Shown: positions 1-7,947, counted from the first letter of the stretch. The stretch: DNA of 27,752 nt from Candidatus Odinarchaeota archaeon (GCA_038826135.1 JAWBON010000007.1:2692-30443), one strand, 5' to 3'. Translations and numbers: made by a program. The notes: generated from the letters alone by a model not told the origin.

Positions 1-33
1 TTAATTAGGCTGAGTATAAGATACAGTTTAAGT

Positions 34-180
34 CCCGCCGTAGCTTAGTGGCAGAGCACTCGGCTGTAGAATTTAACCGGTGGTTAAATTTATCTCAACC
101 GAGGCTCATACAGCAGAAACCGAGACAGGCCGTATAGCCTGCGGGAAGGGTCGCTGGTTCAAATCCGGCCGGCGGGACCA
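34..180 (+). tRNA. tRNA-Tyr(GTA) with two introns (70-118 at 37/38; 125-147 at 43/44), CCA encoded
   Basis: Acceptor stem CCCGCCG(34-40)/CGGCGGG(170-176), C1-G72 and A73 typical of archaeal Tyr. D arm GCTT/GAGC; anticodon stem CTCGG(59-63)/CCGAG(120-124); anticodon GTA 66-68; T arm GCTGG-TTCAAAT-CCGGC (153-169). Removing both introns gives a 75-nt cloverleaf with a 5-nt variable loop GGGTC. Confidence 0.92.
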
Positions 181-261
181 ATCTTAATAGAAGAAAAAAT
201 ATGATATTGTTTAACACTATACTATAGGTTGAAAGCTTGAGTTCTATACAGGCGGGTTTGA

Positions 262-1104
262 TTGGTAACTGTAACTAAAAAGCACGGTGTAGTTGAGGAG
301 TTCAACCCTGAAAAAATATATAATACAGCTATAAGAGCCGGCGCCCCGCCGGATATAGCGCGAAGCATTTCAGAGTCTGTTTCTCAAAAAGCATATGACG
401 GTATCTCGACGTCAGAGATTTTAAGGACTGTTAAAACACTTCTCAGAAACGTGCATGTTGGTTTAGGAGCAAGATATGATTTAAAAAATGCTTTACTAAG
501 GCTTGGACCAACAGGGTTCCCCTTCGAGAATTTTATCAGTTCTCTTATAAGACTTCACGGTTATAAAACGAAGATCAGACAGACGGTCAGGGGCAAGTGT
601 GTAAACCATGAGATTGATGTAATAGCTGAAGTTGAAACCGCGGAGGGGGTTAAACGCTCTATAATAGAGTGCAAGTTTAGAAATGAGAGTGAAGGTTACG
701 TTGGATTGAAAGAAGCCATGTACACTTACGCCCGGTTCCTAGATATTAGTGAAGGCAGCCGGCTCGGCACATGCGAATGCTCGGATGACGTGTGGCTGGT
801 TTGCAACAGTAAAGCATCTGATGACGCGATTCAATATTCGAACTGTCGTGGAGTGAAGTTAATCACATGGAATTACCCGCCAGGCGAGGGATTAAGGGAT
901 TTAATTCACCGAGTTAAAGCATATCCGGTTACAGTACTATCCACACTTAACAGGGAGACGCTGGCAAAGCTTGGAGTACATAATATAATCTTAGTTAAAG
1001 AGCTTAAAGCTTTCAACGTAGAAGATTTTTCTAGCAGATTTAAGATTAAAAAAAGCATTGCTGAAAGAATATTACAGGAAGCTGAGGCTGTTCTGACATT
1101 TTAA
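262..1104 (+). CDS. ATP-cone domain plus Mrr-like PD-(D/E)XK restriction endonuclease family protein
   Basis: N-terminal VTKKHGVVEEFNPEKI...GISTSEI is ATP-cone-like. The C-terminal half has a nuclease motif HEIDVIA...IIECK. TTG start. Confidence 0.75.
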   Translation: MVTVTKKHGVVEEFNPEKIYNTAIRAGAPPDIARSISESVSQKAYDGISTSEILRTVKTLLRNVHVGLGARYDLKNALLRLGPTGFPFENFISSLIRLHGYKTKIRQTVRGKCVNHEIDVIAEVETAEGVKRSIIECKFRNESEGYVGLKEAMYTYARFLDISEGSRLGTCECSDDVWLVCNSKASDDAIQYSNCRGVKLITWNYPPGEGLRDLIHRVKAYPVTVLSTLNRETLAKLGVHNIILVKELKAFNVEDFSSRFKIKKSIAERILQEAEAVLTF

Positions 1105-1111
1105 TATTTTT

Positions 1112-2536
1112 TTAAGTATCGCCTTTAATTTTATCATCTTCACCCTCATCTTCAAGCCTGGGCTTCCAAACCTGTTTTTCCAAGCTCTTGAATTTCTTGA
1201 ATAATAAGACCACTATAATAACACCTGCAACTATACCGATAACCCCGATAATGAGGAAGAGAAACCCCTGACTTTCCGGTTCCGGCACCCCCACCGGATA
1301 ATAAGAAGACGTGGTTACATAGAAAATATCTGTATTACGAGTTGTTGAGTCACCGTATATGTAAACTATATGAATTTGATTATCAGTACTAATCCTTAAA
1401 GAGGGCAGATACTGGTCTAGTTCTTGACCTGGTATAAGATACTCTTGTGAAAACGTTCCGTTAACCCCCTGTATGTACATAACCCTTGTATAATTGAGAG
1501 GCCACGTGGAATTCCAACCGTAAAAAACTATGTTAAGCGTATTATTCGGTGAAAGGGCAACTCTAGGAGAGTGAGCGAATGAAACTGAGGAGATTTTTAT
1601 AGCTGTTGAATCGTTGAATACTCCGCCTGTATTATTAACATAGTATAGATACTGGTACCTTATCCCACCAGAGTAAATTGACCCGTTTCCTTTAAAGACA
1701 AGATGAACAGTTAAATTATCATCCACAGCCATAGAAGGATTAAAATCTTGATATGTTTTATCTACTATATCATAATTGGAAAATGAGCCATTTGTGTTAT
1801 TAGTATAAGCGATAACTGTGTGGTTGAAAAGCGGATTAAAACCGTCAACGGCTACGAAGGTTATGTGAACATTATCATTTTTATCAACTAAAATATCTTG
1901 GCCTATAGCCATATTAGGATAAGCTGGGCAAGTAATATTCACAGGCGCTGTAAACCCTGTTGAAGTTGAATGCTGGTACCTTAACACTATTTTAGTAGGC
2001 CCTACGCCCCCTATTAGTTCAGCTGTCTGATAAATTATGTGGACTACTCCTCCACTGTCAACAGCTATCTTCGGATATCCGTCTGACACTAGGTTATCAG
2101 TAATTTGAACCGGCGTAATAAATCCACCGGTAGTGGTGCTATGAGTATAATATATTTCATAATCGTTTCCGTCGAAGGAGTAGTAGGCTACATGCATTAT
2201 GCCAGAATTATCTATAACAATAACCGGGCTAGCATCGTATTCTTGAGATGCTTGGGGCTGAGCTTGCACTTGTGCTATAACGGTTTCGTTAATGTAACCG
2301 TTATTGTCATAGATATGATAGATTTGCCCGCCGTAATAAGCAACAGCGTGTATTCTATTATCAGAGTCTAGAGCGAAGGCACTGCCTAGTATACTAATCG
2401 AATCAGGCCCGGCGTGGTTTGTCAACCGGATATTGGGGCTCCATGAGGGTTCAGGGGAGGCGATGGTGGTAGGTGTTATAAGTGTTAGAATCAACGCGGT
2501 GAATAATATTGGAGGTATTAAACGCTTAAGTTTCAT
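1112..2536 (-). CDS. Secreted, C-terminally membrane-anchored beta-propeller-like surface glycoprotein
   Basis: Signal peptide MKLKRLIPPILFTALILTLI (ATG 2536 preferred over TTG 2545). Seven repeats of the form P-x-I-x-vD-xxg-vHi-y, many N-x-S/T sequons, TM helix FLFLIIGVIGIVAGVIIVVLLF and a basic/acidic tail. Confidence 0.7.
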   Translation of the reverse strand: MKLKRLIPPILFTALILTLITPTTIASPEPSWSPNIRLTNHAGPDSISILGSAFALDSDNRIHAVAYYGGQIYHIYDNNGYINETVIAQVQAQPQASQEYDASPVIVIDNSGIMHVAYYSFDGNDYEIYYTHSTTTGGFITPVQITDNLVSDGYPKIAVDSGGVVHIIYQTAELIGGVGPTKIVLRYQHSTSTGFTAPVNITCPAYPNMAIGQDILVDKNDNVHITFVAVDGFNPLFNHTVIAYTNNTNGSFSNYDIVDKTYQDFNPSMAVDDNLTVHLVFKGNGSIYSGGIRYQYLYYVNNTGGVFNDSTAIKISSVSFAHSPRVALSPNNTLNIVFYGWNSTWPLNYTRVMYIQGVNGTFSQEYLIPGQELDQYLPSLRISTDNQIHIVYIYGDSTTRNTDIFYVTTSSYYPVGVPEPESQGFLFLIIGVIGIVAGVIIVVLLFKKFKSLEKQVWKPRLEDEGEDDKIKGDT

Positions 2537-2666
2537 AGAACACAACCTAATTATCGCTGAAATTGTTTACCCCTAATAAACTAACTGTTATATATATGCT
2601 TATCGATAAATTGGATTTTATAATAAAAATTTTTTAATGTTATTTAGCTTTTCCATCGTGGTTTAT

Positions 2667-3848
2667 ATGAATGATGCGAGAGGAAAAACATATTTGTCTA
2701 AGAATATAGTGGTTTTGTCAGCGGTCAGCTTTCTTAACGATATTGGCAGTGAAATAATAATGCCTATACTTCCCATCTTCCTAGCTACATTAGGGGGTGG
2801 GGCTGTAGCTCTTGGTTTATTAGGGGGCTTGGAGGAGAGTGTTTCAGGGCTTTTTAAAATTCTTACCGGTTATTTCACTGATAGGCTTAGACGACGGAGA
2901 GTGTTCGTGTTTTCCGGTTATTTTATATCCGCGTTTTCTAAGTTAATGCTTCCGTTTTCAGCAATCTGGCAGCATGTAGTAGCGTTAAGACCTTTTGACC
3001 GGATAGGTAAAGGTGTTAGAACACCTCCCCGGGATGCTTTAATAGCGGATAGTAGCGTTGAGGCTGGTAGGGGGAGGGCTTTCGGATTTCACCGAGCGTT
3101 TGACACTCTTGGAGCGGTTGTAGGATCTGCGTCAGCTCTTTTCTTATTCGCCTACATGGGTTTTGGATTGAATATAATTATTCTCGCAGCGGGAATTATC
3201 AGTTTTCTAGCTTTAATGCCGCTTATACTTGTTAAGGACCCGGCTAGGATTAGCGGTGCAAGAAGAATAGTTTTCAAGTTTAGGAATCTGCCTAAGCCTT
3301 TATTAAAATATTATTTTACAGCAGGATTATTCACGCTAGGTAATTTCTCTTACATGTTTCTGATTATATGGGCCACTGGAGGAGGATTCGTATTTGAACC
3401 TGCTAAGATCAGCTTATCTTTATCCTTATATATTTTATTTAACGTTGTTTACGCTATTTTATCTTTCCCGGCAGGCGCGGTTTCTGACAGGCTTGGTAGA
3501 AGGAAAACTCTGATTATAGGGTATATGGTTTTCGCTTTCACTAATCTTGTCTTCATGTTTTACATAAGTATACTAGGATTGATTATAGGCTTCATATTAT
3601 ATGGTGTGTTCAACGCTTTAACTGAGGCTACTCAGCGAGCTTTCGTAGTTGATCTGGCTCCTGAAGAGTTGAGAGGGACGATTATAGGGTCTTTTCAAGC
3701 TTTGATAAGTATTTTAACATTTATTTCCAGTCTAGTAGCAGGGTTTATATGGACTTTTATAGGCGCCCAGTTCATATTCGTGTACGGGGTTGTTTTAGCT
3801 TGTTTAGCTTCAGGATTACTTGTTACGTTAAGTTTTAAACCCGGATAA
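2667..3848 (+). CDS. MFS transporter
   Basis: About 12 hydrophobic segments and MFS motif A in both halves (GYFTDRLRRRR, GAVSDRLGRRK). ATG 2667 is the likely start (ORF track begins at 2637). Confidence 0.9.
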   Translation: MNDARGKTYLSKNIVVLSAVSFLNDIGSEIIMPILPIFLATLGGGAVALGLLGGLEESVSGLFKILTGYFTDRLRRRRVFVFSGYFISAFSKLMLPFSAIWQHVVALRPFDRIGKGVRTPPRDALIADSSVEAGRGRAFGFHRAFDTLGAVVGSASALFLFAYMGFGLNIIILAAGIISFLALMPLILVKDPARISGARRIVFKFRNLPKPLLKYYFTAGLFTLGNFSYMFLIIWATGGGFVFEPAKISLSLSLYILFNVVYAILSFPAGAVSDRLGRRKTLIIGYMVFAFTNLVFMFYISILGLIIGFILYGVFNALTEATQRAFVVDLAPEELRGTIIGSFQALISILTFISSLVAGFIWTFIGAQFIFVYGVVLACLASGLLVTLSFKPG

Positions 3849-3876
3849 ACGAATATGCGCATAACGGCTTGGATTT

Positions 3877-6507
3877 TTAATCACGGCGAATAGCGTCAAT
3901 TATATCCAGTTTCATAGCCCGGTAGGCAGGGTATGCTGAAGCTGCGAAAGCTATTATCAAGCCGGTTGCCACCATGTAACCGATTATATCTAAAGGTATT
4001 ATGAATGGTAGTTCAAAAAATAGATTCGAAGCTGTTGAAACAACTCTGTTCAAGAATAGAAACCACAAGTATAAGCCACCGCCTATTCCAACCACTAACC
4101 CTATTATTGTTATTATAGTAGCTTCGCCGATCACAAGCTTCAAAACTTGATTTCTACTCATCCCCATGGCTTTAAGCATACCTATCTCCCGTTTCCTCTC
4201 TGAAACTGCGACTATCATAATTATGCCGATTCCGATGGCGGCCACGATGAATGAGAATGCTACAAAGAAGTATACGACGTTTGAAAAGCGTTCTACTATT
4301 GATGCAATCTGAGTCTCCCATTCTCTAGCGGATATCAGTGTTAAACTTTCGAATCTGGGGATTAGAAGATTTTCTAAATCATCCTTAACTTGGATTTGAT
4401 CTACTCCGGGCTGGATTTTTATAAAGAATGTGTCAACACGGGATGTTCCAATAATATCCTGGAGCTGGGATATAGATATATAAGCTCCGTAAATGTCGCC
4501 GAATGCTCTTATGTTAAACATATACTGAGGGTAACCGTAAAATTGTTCAACAAGTGCGATAATATTGAAATCGATTGCCGTTGTTGACCCGTTTATGTTT
4601 TTAACATCTAGCGTAATATTATCGCCAACGGATAAACCTAAAAGTTCAGCTGCTTTTTTAGCCAGTATCACTGTTTTATTGGTGGATTCGAGGATTTTAA
4701 GAGCCTGCTCAATAGCTGGACCGCTGGCTGTGTTAACATTTGGAAAAACATCTGTAAATGAATCCGGGTCTGTGAATATTAAAGCTATTTTAAACTCTTC
4801 GCCTGGAACCGTACACCAGCTTTCATAGCTTGGTGTAGTAGCGTAAACTCCCGGTAGCATGTTTAACTCGGATGTGAAGTTATAGTCAATGGAGGGATTT
4901 GTCTGCATTTTTATATCACTACCTGTGAAGACACGTATCACGGTGGAGAATGTTGAAGTGAATGTGACGGCAAGCGAGCTGAAAAATATTACGAAAACTA
5001 TTCCAATAGCCACCATAGTGAATGTGAATGTTGTCCTGGTTCTATTACGGGCAACGTATCTTTCTATTATTGTCTTCGACTCCGCCAGAACTGGTTTGAA
5101 AAATGTTGAAACACCTTTAGAAACATAATATAAGCAGGAGCTGAAAAACAGGATTAAACCAGCTGTTATAAGGGCTGTAGATAAAAGTATTGGTGTAAAA
5201 TTCCCGGTTAATATCATACCTCCCCCAAATATGAAGAGAGTTAGTGAGCCTAACACAAGGAGCGCTACACCTATAATCATACCTCTTTTAATGATGTGAA
5301 CGCGACTTACACCTTTCATCCGCGGTCTGAAAGTCTCTAAGATACTGATTCTAGTTGCTAATAGAGCTGGAATATTCCCAGCTAATAACACTATGAGCAT
5401 ACCTGTAGAGAAACATGTGATTAAAGTTAAGGGGTTTAGTATAAGTGATAACTCGCCAAGTGTTGTAATAGTTGAAATAGCGGCTCCTAGAAAATCTAAC
5501 ATATACGTGCTGATTAAAATCCCGGCTAATGTCCCGATGGTTGAGCCGATAACCCCGTATAATAATGTTTCAATTATCACATATGAGAAAACCTGTTTAG
5601 CTGAAGCCCCCATAGATCGCATTATACCTAGGTCGCGTTTTCTTTCAGAAATATTCATAAGCATAACTACGATGATTAAAACAAATGTTACTATTAAGGC
5701 TAGTATTGAGAAAATGTTTAAGGCGCCTCTTAAAACTAGTATATTCGACTCTGATTTTTCTAATGCTTCAAGCTTCTGTGAATAATATGTGAATTTATCC
5801 CCGTAAACATCCCTGAGATCATTAATAACAGCTTCAATATTTCTGTAACTGTCAACTTTTAAAACTAGTTCGGAAGCTTGACCTTCCGTATGTAATAAGT
5901 CTTGTATGAATTCTATGTTAAAAACGATTAACGGAGTTGACCTTTCAACTGAAAACTTTCCTTGAAAAACGCCTATACCTATTATGTTAACTGTTTCATT
6001 AACCCCTAGAAGCGGGATATATAATCCTATGCTCTGACCGGCTGTGAGATTAAATCTATCAGCTGCAACCTGGTTAATTATGCAATTATTATCTCTAAGT
6101 TGATTCATTAAACTAGCAGGAGTTACTTTGCCGAATGGCTGATCAAGGGTTTGATTGATCCCTATTAATAAAAGAATGTTATCACCTGTTCCATTAAACC
6201 AGAAAGTTTGAAGCGAGGATGTGCGGGGTGCAACCGCCTCTACATGTGGTACAGTTAATAACTGGTTGAATAGGGATTGGTTATAATAAGTTGGGTATAG
6301 AGGGTTTGAACCGTTAGATAGCGTTAAATCAACATCTCCGAATGTTGATAACAGTTGTGTAACGTAAGCGTTTTCAACACCGTCAGCACCCACATTAGCC
6401 CCCGCGAATACAGCTACACCTATAGTAACGCATATTATCGTCAACGCCGCCCGTGATTTCCTTCTTCTAACAGTTCTTAAACTGGCTCTCAGTAAACCCA
6501 AACGCAA
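3877..6507 (-). CDS. ABC transporter permease, MacB/FtsX family, two fused repeats
   Basis: Two copies of TM - large extracellular domain - 3 TM, with the FtsX signatures ISERKRDLGIMRSMGAS and VSERKREIGMLKAMGMS. Confidence 0.9.
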   Translation of the reverse strand: MRLGLLRASLRTVRRRKSRAALTIICVTIGVAVFAGANVGADGVENAYVTQLLSTFGDVDLTLSNGSNPLYPTYYNQSLFNQLLTVPHVEAVAPRTSSLQTFWFNGTGDNILLLIGINQTLDQPFGKVTPASLMNQLRDNNCIINQVAADRFNLTAGQSIGLYIPLLGVNETVNIIGIGVFQGKFSVERSTPLIVFNIEFIQDLLHTEGQASELVLKVDSYRNIEAVINDLRDVYGDKFTYYSQKLEALEKSESNILVLRGALNIFSILALIVTFVLIIVVMLMNISERKRDLGIMRSMGASAKQVFSYVIIETLLYGVIGSTIGTLAGILISTYMLDFLGAAISTITTLGELSLILNPLTLITCFSTGMLIVLLAGNIPALLATRISILETFRPRMKGVSRVHIIKRGMIIGVALLVLGSLTLFIFGGGMILTGNFTPILLSTALITAGLILFFSSCLYYVSKGVSTFFKPVLAESKTIIERYVARNRTRTTFTFTMVAIGIVFVIFFSSLAVTFTSTFSTVIRVFTGSDIKMQTNPSIDYNFTSELNMLPGVYATTPSYESWCTVPGEEFKIALIFTDPDSFTDVFPNVNTASGPAIEQALKILESTNKTVILAKKAAELLGLSVGDNITLDVKNINGSTTAIDFNIIALVEQFYGYPQYMFNIRAFGDIYGAYISISQLQDIIGTSRVDTFFIKIQPGVDQIQVKDDLENLLIPRFESLTLISAREWETQIASIVERFSNVVYFFVAFSFIVAAIGIGIIMIVAVSERKREIGMLKAMGMSRNQVLKLVIGEATIITIIGLVVGIGGGLYLWFLFLNRVVSTASNLFFELPFIIPLDIIGYMVATGLIIAFAASAYPAYRAMKLDIIDAIRRD

Positions 6508-6513
6508 TCACGC

Positions 6514-7257
6514 TCATACCGTTCTAGGTCTACTTTCACCTATTAATTGCCCGTCTCTTAGAAACAGTATTCTGTCAGCTAGATTAGCTATGTCACTGTC
6601 ATGTGTAACTATTATTAGACCTATATTTCTCTCTTTACATGAATCTAAAAGAAGTTTCATAACCATTTTACCGGTTTTGGAGTCTAAATCACCTGTAGGT
6701 TCATCGGCTAATATTAGAGACGGATTATTAGCTAGAGCTCTTGCTATAGCAACTCTCTGCTGCTCGCCTCCGCTTAACTCGTCAGGAAGATGGTTAGCTC
6801 TATCGCTTAATCCTACCAAGGATAGTAGTGCCGCTGTCCTCTGCACTCTCTCTTTCTTTTTAACGCCGGCTATGAGAAGAGGCAGCTCTACGTTCTCCCA
6901 AGCTGTTAAAACATCTATTAAATTATAGAATTGAAATATGAATCCTACCGTGTAGCGTCTCAGATCTACTATCTGCCTGCTGGACAAGGATGTGACATCC
7001 TGTCCGTCGATTAATATGGAACCGGATGTAGGTTTATCTAGTAAACCTATTAAATTTAGAAAAGTGGTTTTACCTGATCCGCTGGGGCCCATAACAGCGG
7101 TAGGCTCACCACGGTGTATTTTTACACTAACATTATCTAAGGCTTTGATAATCTGATCACCTCGCTTATAGTGACGGGAGAGGTTAACGGTCTCAACCAC
7201 AATCTTTTTCTCTAAAATTGTTGAAGAAACACCTGGTTCCTGTTTCAACCAAACCAC
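6514..7257 (-). CDS. ABC transporter ATP-binding protein (LolD/MacB type)
   Basis: Walker A GPSGSGKT, signature LSGGEQQRVAIARAL, Walker B LILADEPTGDLD and H-loop IVTHD. Directly upstream of the permease. Confidence 0.95.
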   Translation of the reverse strand: MVWLKQEPGVSSTILEKKIVVETVNLSRHYKRGDQIIKALDNVSVKIHRGEPTAVMGPSGSGKTTFLNLIGLLDKPTSGSILIDGQDVTSLSSRQIVDLRRYTVGFIFQFYNLIDVLTAWENVELPLLIAGVKKKERVQRTAALLSLVGLSDRANHLPDELSGGEQQRVAIARALANNPSLILADEPTGDLDSKTGKMVMKLLLDSCKERNIGLIIVTHDSDIANLADRILFLRDGQLIGESRPRTV

Positions 7258-7527
7258 CGTTAATAATCGACTTATTAGCTTATAGGATATGGGCTTCGAA
7301 AAATTTATTAAAAGATATTAAACAAGAGCATTACACGTGAATAATAAATTAGTTAGATGTAAAAGAATTTTATAAACTCATATATATATTTTCTGAAATA
7401 TTACCGGGTTTTTAATTGATGAAACTATTTTAATTCTGTTAGGGTATGAAAAACGGATTTTAAAAATTTAGATTAAAATAATTAAGAAGCGGGTAAACAC
7501 CGATAAAAATTCTTTGAATGTGAAAAA

Positions 7528-7698
7528 TGGTGGGGTCGAAGGGATTTGAACCCTTAACCATTCCTCAAAAGGATTTTAAAATCCTTTCTACGAGTTTCTT
7601 CAGGTACGCTCCAGAATATCTTCATCCAGTACGTCAGTTAAGCAATTCAGAGCTGTTTTTCTGGAGCCCGTCGTCCTACCTGGTTAGACCACGACCCC
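7528..7698 (-). tRNA. tRNA-Trp(CCA) with two introns (7596-7660 at 37/38; 7561-7589 at 43/44), CCA encoded
   Basis: Minus strand: GGGGTCG(7698-7692)/CGACCCC(7538-7532)+ACCA. Anticodon stem ACGGG/CTCGT, anticodon CCA 7664-7662, T arm AAGGG-TTCAAAT-CCCTT. Removing both introns gives a 77-nt cloverleaf with variable loop TGGTT. Confidence 0.92.
7596..7660 (-). ncRNA. Putative box C/D guide RNA within the tRNA-Trp 37/38 intron
   Basis: D'-like CTGA (7637-7634), C'-like ATGAAGA (7625-7619), CTGGAGC (7614-7608) antisense to the tRNA's own anticodon loop, and D box CTGA (7603-7600). No clear box C. Intron-encoded C/D guides in pre-tRNA-Trp are known in euryarchaea. Confidence 0.55.
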
Positions 7699-7725
7699 TA
7701 AACTAATATTGATATTATGAACATT

Positions 7726-7733
7726 ATTTAAAA
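7726..7733 (-). promoter_or_regulatory. Candidate TATA box for tRNA-Trp
   Basis: TTTTAAAT on the minus strand about 28 nt upstream of the tRNA 5' end, preceded by the A-rich GAATAAA. Confidence 0.45.
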
Positions 7734-7744
7734 TTTATTCGGTT

Positions 7745-7759
7745 AAAGAAAGAGTTAAA
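7745..7759 (-). terminator. T-rich tract after the 5S precursor
   Basis: Minus strand TTTAACTCTTTCTTT immediately follows the precursor's closing helix; archaeal terminators are typically oligo-T tracts. Confidence 0.4.
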
Positions 7760-7908
7760 GGTAGTATCGTTCCGTGTTCGAGATGAGAACGGGTGTTTCC
7801 TTCCGCCTATGGCCGCCAGCGAACTGGCAGCACTATATGTTCCCGTGGGCTCTCGCACCACAGTACTTATATAGTCGCGCGGAAGCTTAACTTTCACGCG
7901 ATACTACC
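7760..7908 (-). rRNA. rrf: Circularly permuted 5S rRNA gene (3' half 7892-7824, UUCG linker 7823-7820, 5' half 7819-7771) flanked by a BHB motif
   Basis: Reordered, the halves read CUGGCGGCCAUAGGCGGAAGGAAACACCCGUUCUCAUCUCGAACACGGA|AGUUAAGCUUCCGCGCGACUAUAUAAGUACUGUGGUGCGAGAGCCCACGGGAACAUAUAGUGCUGCCAG. All 5S helices form: helix I GCUGCCAG/CUGGCGGC, II GCGGAAG/CUUCCGC, V ACUAUAU/AUAUAGU, loop E AGUA/GAA, IV CUGUGG/CCACGG. Confidence 0.93.
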
Positions 7909-7931
7909 ACCTACTTGAAAATAATAATTCA

Positions 7932-7939
7932 TATATAAA
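7932..7939 (-). promoter_or_regulatory. Candidate TATA box for the 5S precursor
   Basis: TTTATATA on the minus strand preceded by GAATAAA (BRE-like). Standard spacing puts the start site near G7908, the first base of the BHB outer helix. Confidence 0.6.
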
Positions 7940-7947
7940 TTTATTCA

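Noticed and set aside
125-152. Long variable arm (class II tRNA) instead of a second intron
   Set aside because: Archaeal Tyr and Trp tRNAs have short variable loops, and in both genes a BHB-like excision leaves exactly 5 nt.
181-7527. Integrated element between tRNA-Tyr and tRNA-Trp
   Set aside because: No integrase or transposase, no duplicated tRNA 3' end (att site) seen, and composition similar to the rest of the window.
7258-7527. Replication origin in the AT-rich gap
   Set aside because: No ORB-like repeats and no adjacent orc1/cdc6 gene.
7760-7908. 5S rearrangement as an assembly artefact or pseudogene
   Set aside because: A misjoin would not create a perfect 10+4 bp BHB with bulges that restore the conserved junction, a tetraloop linker, intact helices and a correctly spaced TATA box. 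Read mapping is still the formal test.
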